From NCBI GenBank assembly GCA_000091205.1, contig AP006502.2: a DNA stretch of 64,000 bases. One strand, written 5' to 3'. This DNA comes from Cyanidioschyzon merolae. Its lineage: Eukaryota. Of this stretch, positions 56,124-64,000 are shown in pieces (within the stretch, counting starts at the first letter, position 1; every line of letters starts with the position of its first letter). Position numbers and translations under genes: made by a program. The notes below the pieces were generated by a model. The model searched no databases. It worked only from the letters and a program-made list of their open reading frames with translations, and was not told the origin of the DNA.

Positions 56124-58575
56124 GCGGTTGATACGCGCACCTTGAGATCCAGCAGGCGTGAGATCCGACGTGCATCTCGCCCTTGAAGGGAAACGCGATC
56201 CTAATCAATAGCACGTTGGTATGACGTACAGGTTGTATTTGCATTGCATGTATCTCATTTTATAGTCTTTCAATTCAATGCTTTTTCAACCATCACGTTG
56301 GTATATTCATGTGATTTCTCGCGGTTTCTAACTGAAGCGTTCAAAGTGCTCTCGTGCTAAAAAATAAAAAAAGAAATTCATGGAAATAGAAGTGGAGGAC
56401 CCTTGAGGCCTTATGTCGTCGGCTGCCGGAAAAAACGGAAAAGAGTCCCGAGCCACGTGGAGCATGGGAAGATGTAGAAGCAAAAGAATGAGGTCCGACG
56501 CCAAAGGCTGCGAGAAAGACGAAATTACGACGAGATGTCGGTGAAAGCCTGTCTCCCTAAACATATCAAGGATCCGTACAAGGAAAAGTTGCGAGAGGCC
56601 ATCAGAAACCGTGTCGCGTCGTACTTGACCAATGCTCGTCACGCATCTTTAGGATTGATGTATATGGCGAAGGAGATGTATCGCGACGTGATGGAAATCA
56701 AAATATTCGAGCTTCCGGACGAATGTTCCGACAAGACCTTTATTCGTCATCTGATGCTTGGCACAGAGGAAACGTCGAGAAGAAACGAGCGAGTGCATGC
56801 CCTCCACGAAAAATATCCCTTCTACATCTTCCACGGTACTCGATACAGGATAAGAGTGATATTTACGAAATCGGGGCGAAGAAATACCTCACGAACCTGA
56901 AGAACCATTTGACAATGAACCTCGAACGTTTCATGATACGTGCCGTGCTTGCATTCTACCCGGGCATGTCTCGGCAATGAATATGAGCGATTATCAATGG
57001 CATAACGAACAATCGCAAGCATGAACAGGAGATCGAATTCGTCGACAAGAAGACACCATGCAGGAAAAGGTGTAAAACTTCTGTAATCCGTGCGGCGATT
57101 CAAGAGCGCCGTCCGGTACTGGGGCTGCTCAACCCATCAGAAAAAGTAGCAGATATGGGAAAAACATTATTCTCTCATCCTGCGCTATTTCGTGTTTTTG
57201 GACCGAGAACTCGAACGCAAGGCCGAGATGAAGCTCCGTGTGGGAAAAAACGAAGAGTCGGAGAAACGGAAGGCTGCGCTTCTGAGGAAGCGCTCCAACG
57301 CCGTTGCGCAATGCGGCGTCAAGTCACACATTTTGACAATCGACTCCAGAGCCCTTTTCCGCATCACGAAGGAGATAAGTCCGGAGTTCGATATAAGCAG
57401 GGACGAATTTATGGATGAAAACCGAGTAACTCGTTGGAAGAATATCTTCGATTTCAAACTCCTCAGAACGAGCGCGCAAAAAGTATTCACGGGAACGATC
57501 GAAAGCGATGGGGTATCCACGTGTGTTCACTACGGGCACCTGAAAGTGTATGATCCTTTTCCATCTTCCATATGACCCTCGGCGAAGCATGAAGAGAAGA
57601 AGGAGGCAGATCTTGCGAGGCAGAAAGTGCAGAAGAACGACTTTGTGGTTGACGCGGACCCCGGAAACACGAACATCATAACCATCGCAGTACCCAAGCG
57701 TGCGGAAGATGACATTCACGGTAGCTTACGTCGGAAAAACATGCGTCTTTTGAGGTTCTCGACAGCAAGATACTATCGAGAATCCGGTATGATGAATGCG
57801 AGGAAGAAAATCGAGACATGGAATGCAGGAGTGAAGGATCACCTGGAAGCTATGCGCAAGGTGACGAGCTGCGGAGCAGACTTTCGAGCTTTTCGGGAGT
57901 TCATGGAAACTCGTGCTGCCCATAACGAGAAGCTTTCGAACGAATATGCCAGGCCCCGGTGGGCTCGTCTGCGAATGAACCTGCTCTGTGGGAAGCAGCG
58001 TGCATTCGCCAAATTCTTGAATCAGTTGAGCCCCCTCAAAGAAAACAAGATCCAAAGGCTCGTAAAGGCATATAGAGCACGACGCGAGGCGTCAGGAGAA
58101 GGCAGCACACCAGCGCCATCGACGAGAACGTACAAGGAATGCGCACACCGTTTTGTCACAATACCGATAGACGAGTTCCGAGCGTCATACGTCCACCATG
58201 ATCTGGGGTGCACAATCCAGAGAGTCGAGATGGAAAGGTGCCAGCGAATTCGTGAGGATATCAAAAACTTCGGAGCGCTGACGGAACAACAAATGGAAAG
58301 GAGGGCACAAGTTCGGGGATTTCTTGCAGTGGTGAGTTCCATCTCGGGCAAAAAACGCATGGAGTTCGTGCACCAAAACATAAACGCCGCTTTCAATATC
58401 AGGAGATGTGCAGTGATGGAGAAGAGATCTCCGCATCTGGCGCGAGCCAACTTTATGGGGCAGCCTCTCAGGGTTAAAGTGTACGAGGAGAAGTTGAAGC
58501 CAGTAACAGGCGGCCGGTCCAAAAAGCCTGGGAGGCGTCTCCACGTCAGTGTATAGACATGTACGCTATCGACAT
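56124..58575 (+). mobile_element. Fanzor/TnpB-like element, copy 4 (pseudogenised; right-end tail divergent or truncated)
   Basis: Same left end and ORF as the other copies. It has an 11-nt deletion at the ORF1/ORF2 junction (~57160), other frameshifts around 56900-57000, and a single acidic repeat unit. Its conserved 3' tail is replaced after ~58575. Confidence 0.7.
56535..58556 (+). pseudogene. Fanzor/TnpB-like nuclease pseudogene, copy 4; retains an uninterrupted 309-aa RuvC-containing C-terminal ORF (57627..58556)
   Basis: ORF 57627..58556: [15 protein letters not shown]...RLLRFS...LVKAYRARREASGEG...IDEFRASYVHHDLGCTIQRVEMERC...VHQNINAAFNIRRCA. RuvC-III Asp is replaced (NRDLNAAINI in other copies becomes HQNINAAFNI here). 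Confidence 0.7.
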
Positions 58576-59383
58576 GATGTATGTACGCATGTATGCCCGA
58601 TATGCCGGCGGCTTACGACTCATGCAGCGTAGTGTGCGTTGCAGGGACAGAAAAAGCGACGATGGATGAGATCTGACCAAAAGAGAGATATAATCCTTTG
58701 GACGAAAAGCGTCTTGCACGGCGGTGTGCCTAAGACATCGAATCCACTCCAGCAAGGGCTATCACGAGCAGGGATAAATACGGCTTTGCTTTGCGCGTGT
58801 CGCATCTATCGCGCTGACGCTCGTGTGGTCATGACGGTCACTGCTTGCATGCGATGTCGGCTTCTGACTCGATATGTTTACGGACGGGAGCGTGGTATCG
58901 TGCGTAAACGGCACGAGAACCCCGCGCAGCTGATATAGACGGCTGCAGCGCTGGCGAGATATGCGCACGCATGCCGTCGATGCGTGTCACCGGTCGCATT
59001 CACCGGCGATCGACGACCTACACTCTCAGTGGCGTTGCGCCAGTGCGCCGTCGGTGCAAAGCACGGCCGACGCACGTCTGCGCAGGGTATGCGCTGTCCG
59101 CATGCACACGCAAGCGAAGTGATACGCTTCGGGAGACCCCAGCTGCCCAGGATGCATCCCGTGGAATGTCCAGGAATACGCAGCAAATCGGAACGAATGC
59201 CTCCATTTGACATGGAACGACAAACGTTTGTTTGCCTTTTGGGAGACAAGAAACGCCCAGCATCCTCATCGCAAAGATGCAGTCAGGAAACTGTTTTCTG
59301 GGCGGAAACTGGCTCTGCGTACCAAGGCTGCACATGGGAACACACTGCGTTGAGTTCCGCAACAAGATGCTGGCTGGTGGCGG

Positions 59384-60214
59384 TCATGAGGCCTTTGCGA
59401 GTCGCTTCGCGCGAGACAGCATGCGTTTCTGCTGCCGCGCAGCGCGTCGAGCCTTCAGTGATGCTGCGCGTTCGCGCTGGCGGGCCTCCTTTGCAGCAGA
59501 CTGCGCCTGCAAGCGCGCTTGCCATGCGCGCGCGCGTTTCACTCGTTCTTTCTGTTGCCGCTTCAGCGCGCGTTTCAAGAGCCTAGGATCATCCTTCACT
59601 TTGCAACCCGCTGCGCGCTTGATTGCCTTCTCCAACTGATGCGCCACACGAGCTTCCTGTGTCTCGGTTGCCAACTGCTTCTGCTCGCTGACTGCTTGCT
59701 TGACTTGGGCCAGAGTCACTTTTCTCGAATGACCCCTAGGCCCTTCTTCGTCCATCGTCCGCGAGAAGCTAATGCGTTTCTCTTGTGCATCACTGGTGTT
59801 AGCACTGGTTTGTGCACGAGGCTCAGCGTCAGATAACGCAGTTTGCGCGCCTCGAGGCATAGTTCTTGAGTTTGGTGGCATGCAGTCCGCTGAAGGCTGC
59901 TCGATACCGGCATTGGCGCTGTTTCTCTCAGCCCTGTTTACGCTCATCGCAAGTTCCGATGGGGAAAGCTTGATCGAACGCCTCCTTTCTTCACCAGATA
60001 CTCTAGTCTCCCCGTGACTACCACGCAGCTGGGCATTTCTTCGCTGTGCTGCTGGATCCTTGCGAGAGCTCGTTCCGACGGCGAGCGCGTCACGTCCGTC
60101 AACGTCGTGTCCGTAGCGTGTCCTCGCTGGGATTGTGCTGGCAACTTCCTTCCAGATCCACTCGTCTAGTTTGAGCACGTCAGCCCCATCAAGAGGGCTG
60201 GCGCTTGCTGCCAT
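59384..60214 (-). CDS. SURF6: SURF6-domain (Rrp14-like) nucleolar protein, 276 aa from first ATG
   Basis: A basic, coiled C-terminus ...AIKRAAGCKVKDDPRLLKRALKRQQKERVKRARAWQARLQAQSAAKEARQRERAASLKARRAARQQKRMLSRAKRLAKAS matches the SURF6 C-terminal signature (...KG-x-KVKDD-x-x-LLKK-x-LKRKEK...W-x-ER...). The track start at 60232 is GTG. Confidence 0.55.
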   Translation of the reverse strand: MAASASPLDGADVLKLDEWIWKEVASTIPARTRYGHDVDGRDALAVGTSSRKDPAAQRRNAQLRGSHGETRVSGEERRRSIKLSPSELAMSVNRAERNSANAGIEQPSADCMPPNSRTMPRGAQTALSDAEPRAQTSANTSDAQEKRISFSRTMDEEGPRGHSRKVTLAQVKQAVSEQKQLATETQEARVAHQLEKAIKRAAGCKVKDDPRLLKRALKRQQKERVKRARAWQARLQAQSAAKEARQRERAASLKARRAARQQKRMLSRAKRLAKAS

Positions 60215-63189
60215 GCTGGGAACGACTGACACTTATGGCGCCTCCACAGAACACTAAACCAGTTTTTGCTAAACGCTGTGAGAAATCCGTATCGCCTTCG
60301 TCTCCGAGCTTCCACGGCTCGAAACTTCGTCAGCGCTGTAAGTTACGTCCACTTCGTGCGGCCCTCTTCGCGAGTGCTTGTGCGTCTCACGCACAAGAAA
60401 GAGGTGTACGGAAGCAGATGCGTATATCCGACAAGACTCTTTCAGAAGAGAGTTGTTCAGGAGCTGATAAACTAAGCTTCAAAGCTTTGCTGCTGCTTCC
60501 TTTCCAGTACACGCCACGAAAGAAGTGTCTCAGAGGAGTCTGTCGAAAGATGGCAGGACTCGTACCGACTGGCGTGGTGGAGCGGGATCCCGGGGCACGG
60601 CCCCCAGCGAGTCGGTATTGCGCGATCCGGCAACACAGGCGGACGCACAACAGACGCGCTTCACACATGTACATGACTGGAAGGGTGTTCAGGGAACCCG
60701 TCGATGATCACGCGACTGAGATCAATGGCTCAGAAGACAACAACCGAGGCGTTCTATACAAACATCCAGATGAACTCAGAGGTGCACTCACTGGTTGGGA
60801 CAGGCTGAACCTGCATTCGCTATACTAGGGGATTACCAAGCCCGCAGCGGGGTCCGCTAGACCGCCTCGACAGCTACCTGGGTTTATGCGCTCTAGTCAC
60901 GACACTTTGATCGAGACCTTTTCGAGCAGAGCGCATCTCGGATGCGGTTCAAATGATTCACCGATACCCGACTCGTCAACGCATTTCAGAGTCTGCAGGG
61001 ACGGCACGGCACCCGTACGGTCGCATCGCCTTGAGTGAGCTCGAATGCAGATCAGTATGGCTATCGGGACAGGAGCGAGCGATTTGCTTCGCCATTCGCT
61101 TGGTAAGCGGCATCGCCGATCAGAACGCGATATGCATATCGAGTTCTCGCATCATCGAATCAAGATGCTCGCTATGATTTCGTCGGGGAATATGGCGATT
61201 TGCGGCAGGTGCCACCAGCGTCGTGTTGGAAAAAGATGAACGAGTACGTATCCATTTGTTCGATGTGAGGCACCTTGTGTTCTAGATCACTCGTCCACAC
61301 TTATTCTGAGGTTATTTTGAATCCAAAAACGAGTTGCAAGCGATGTCATTCGGCGCGGTTGCATCTACTAGACCATCCATAAATCTTTGTGGGTATTGCA
61401 TTTCCGGGGTGTCCGCCGCAGACGCAAGTACGCCGCTTTGATTCGTCCGCTCGAACACGGTGATCCATCGATCTGTGAGCTAGACACCACAAGTCGATTG
61501 ACATATGACTCCAGACGGTACGTGGTTAGGATGGAACGCTGGGCTATTCGCTCTGTTCCTGGCTCGTGATTTTTTCCGTATTTGTCTGATGCACAGCCTT
61601 GGAATGCGAGATACAGCAATAAAAACTTTCGGACGCTCATGCAATCCATGGATGCTCAGCTGTCTTTTCGGCATGACTCCGCCAATTCTTTACCACTAGA
61701 TTTCGATACAGTACCGGAATCATGATGATGCGCAATGCCCTGCAACCAAGATTTGTAAAATGAGCCATATCATTATCCAGTGCTTACGTAAGAGTCTCCA
61801 AACTTCTCCATGCCTAATAGGTCGCTCGCTAAAATCACGCATTCTTCAAGTTTTCGATCTTTCTCTTTCAAGGCAACTCGCGGGAGCAGCTAGGCTCGCC
61901 ACTGGATTGAGGAGAAAAAACTCAACTCTATCTTTTGGCGACTGCTTGACGCGCTCAAGTTGCGTGCAAACTGTACTTGTCCGACAGAGTAATCGATTCT
62001 GTTCGAAAGATAAATCCTCCACGCTTCGTGGCCATCGACGAAACGGGATGCCTTACCAGAATGATACCTCTCAGGTGATATTCGCCCACAGGCTCCGGTC
62101 TCTTCTGTTTGTAATGAAAAGGGTATTGGACTGGGACTTCAGTCATCGCAGTGATCGTCTCGAGAGGAGCGTGCGTCCCCGTTTCGCGTGACAACAACAG
62201 AGACGGATCATAAATTTCTTGACTTGTTCTCCAGTCTGGAGTTGCTTTCCGGCACTTGCTTCATCATGGACCACACCGTGTCCTATACATCCTCGATCAA
62301 ACGGAACAGGGTGCTTCTGCGGGTGAAGTGAGCAGAGTACTAGCAAGGAACATCACCCAGAAGAAGCTCTTGATCGAATGTAACTGGCCAGGTGCCGAAA
62401 AAAAAAGCAGAATATCGAGGGCGGCTTAGTGTAACGGCCGAGAGCATTCGCTAAGCGAAGAGGCAAGCGGTCACGTGCCACAGGATAGCCCTCAAAGAAG
62501 GAGCCATTAAGGGCATATGCGAACACCTGATCACATCCAACTGGCACCTCTACCGAGAGCTTACCCAGATTGAACATTAGAAGAAGAATCACATTGTCGG
62601 TGAAGTGTAGATCGCCACTACCGCCAGTACATGAAATGCGACAACAACAGTCCGAAGCAGCAAAACCAGGATCTGAACACTGGAAACAACATTCTTCCAT
62701 AGCGGATAGCCGAACTGGAGGAACAGGAGCGATCGGTGAACGCTACGTAGCAGATACGAGAGAGGAAACTGAAGCCGTCGCAGAACAAGCCCGCATATGC
62801 TCGTCTTGATGGTCGCTGGATGCTACATAAACTATAGAGTACAAGACCGTGTCAGAGGTCCCGTTTCATTTTTTGTTCTGACAGGAGTGGAACCCGCTCT
62901 TGAGGGATGCCCCGGTTCCCAGTTACCGCGTTGCCGTGCTTTCCGCCTCGATGGAGTGCCCCGCGGGTTGCCGTCCGGCCGCCGTACGTGTTCGTGCGCA
63001 CGCAAATGGCCCCCGCCAGGATCGTCGCGCGATGCGCATGCATCGACGCGTGCGTGCATCTCGGCCTCGGGACGCATCCCGAGTGCTACCAGAGATTCCA
63101 TTTCCATTGAGCATTTTGTTGCATACGCTGACACAACACGAACGTGTATCTGTTGGGTGTAATACTGAACAGCTATTTCGCTTTGAAAC

Positions 63190-64000
63190 ATGCCGTGCAG
63201 CTGTGCGTCTGGTTGCCAAAAGTCAAAGAATGGTGGCTCTACTCCGTCCATTCGGGACCACGTGGCGGACTACTACGGCAAAACGCTTCAGTCAAGCGCC
63301 GACCTAAAGACGAGCGCTTGCAAGCTTGCCGCGGCTGTCCCGGAGAGCCATCGCAAAATCCTGGCGGATATCGCTGACGAGGTCCTGGAAAAGTTCTACG
63401 GTTGCGGGTCTACGCTCCCCGCTGATGGATCTCTCGAGGGCGCAACAGTCCTAGATCTGGGCTGCGGCACAGGTCGCGACGTGTACCTCGCTTCAAAGCT
63501 GGTTGGCGAGCATGGTAAAGTCATTGGGGTGGACATGCTCGATAATCAGCTTGAAGTCGCCCGGAAATATGTAGAATATCATGCAGAAAAGTTTTTCGGT
63601 AGTCCGAGTCGGTCGAATGTGCGCTTTCTCAAGGGTTTCATCGAGAACCTAGCCACTGCGGAACCGGAAGGTGTTCCGGACTCCTCGGTAGATATCGTGA
63701 TAAGCAACTGTGTTTGTAACCTATCGACGAATAAGCTGGCGTTATTCAAGGAGATCCACCGTGTCCTTCGCGACGGAGGTGAGTTGTACTTTTCCGATGT
63801 CTATGCGGATCGCAGGCTGAGCGAAGCTGCCCAACAGGATCCGATCTTGTACGGAGAGTGCCTTGGCGGTGCGCTCTACTTGGAAGACTTCCGTCGCCTC
63901 GTGGCTGAGGCAGGGTTCCGCGACGTGCGTTTAGTTTCGGTTGGTCCCGTCGATGTAAGTGATCCGCAGCTACGGAAGCTCGTACCGGACGTGCAATTCT
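63190..64000 (+). CDS. AS3MT: Arsenite S-adenosylmethionine methyltransferase (AS3MT/ArsM family), 5' part; continues beyond the window end
   Basis: Translation from ATG 63190 gives MPCSCASGCQKSKNGGSTPSIRDHVADYYGKTLQSSADLKTSACKLAAAVPESHRKILADIADEVLEKFYGCGSTLPADGSLEGATVLDLGCGTGRDVYLASKLVGEHGKVIGVDMLDNQLEVARKYVEYHAEKFFG...VDIVISNCVCNLSTNKLALFKEIHRVLRDGGELYFSDVYADRRL...LYGECLGGALYLEDFRRL. These are near-diagnostic AS3MT blocks (YYG-x-x-L-x-S-x-DL-x-T; YYGCG; LDLG-x-G-x-GRD; ISNCV-x-NL; GGELYFSDVY; WGECLGGALY). The ORF is not in the track because no stop precedes the window end. Confidence 0.8.
   Translation, partial: MPCSCASGCQKSKNGGSTPSIRDHVADYYGKTLQSSADLKTSACKLAAAVPESHRKILADIADEVLEKFYGCGSTLPADGSLEGATVLDLGCGTGRDVYLASKLVGEHGKVIGVDMLDNQLEVARKYVEYHAEKFFGSPSRSNVRFLKGFIENLATAEPEGVPDSSVDIVISNCVCNLSTNKLALFKEIHRVLRDGGELYFSDVYADRRLSEAAQQDPILYGECLGGALYLEDFRRLVAEAGFRDVRLVSVGPVDVSDPQLRKLVPDVQF

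Noticed and set aside
5655-58575. RIP-like (C-to-T) mutagenesis as the cause of the many stop codons in the element copies
   Set aside because: Lesions are a mixture of transitions (CAG>TAG, TGG>TGA), transversions (TTG>TAG, TTA>TAA) and indels, so there is no clear RIP signature by eye. A proper dinucleotide-bias test would be needed.

Overview
This 64-kb window reads as intron-poor eukaryotic nuclear DNA, not a prokaryotic locus. It carries long single-exon genes with clear eukaryotic homologies: a copper amine oxidase, an SLC4-type anion exchanger, the NatA auxiliary subunit NAA15, an AMPK/SNF1 beta subunit, a PEX10-like RING peroxin, a PPPDE/DeSI peptidase, a SURF6-like protein and an AS3MT-type arsenite methyltransferase that runs off the window end. 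It also has a tRNA-Pro(CGG) whose structure implies a 15-nt spliceosomal-type intron, and a degenerate LINE reverse transcriptase. The window is also repeat-rich. The most striking feature is five same-orientation copies, all decayed, of a ~2.6-kb element. Its single long ORF (ancestrally ~730 aa) ends in an unmistakable TnpB/IS605-OrfB RuvC-like core: [11 protein letters not shown] (RuvC-I), DEFRTSYTHHELGC, and NRDLNAAINI (RuvC-III). That makes it a Fanzor/TnpB-like candidate RNA-guided nuclease transposon family. Its conserved ends carry stem-loops maintained by compensatory substitutions, consistent with IS200/605-style subterminal hairpins and an omega-RNA-like 3' tail. The second notable feature is a 2454-aa secreted Ser/Ala-rich protein built from about 34 tandem 147-bp coding repeats (a ~5-kb in-frame minisatellite). 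The ORF track uses non-ATG starts (TTG, GTG), so several gene starts were re-set to the first in-frame ATG. All coordinates of element ends are approximate (about +/-20 bp).
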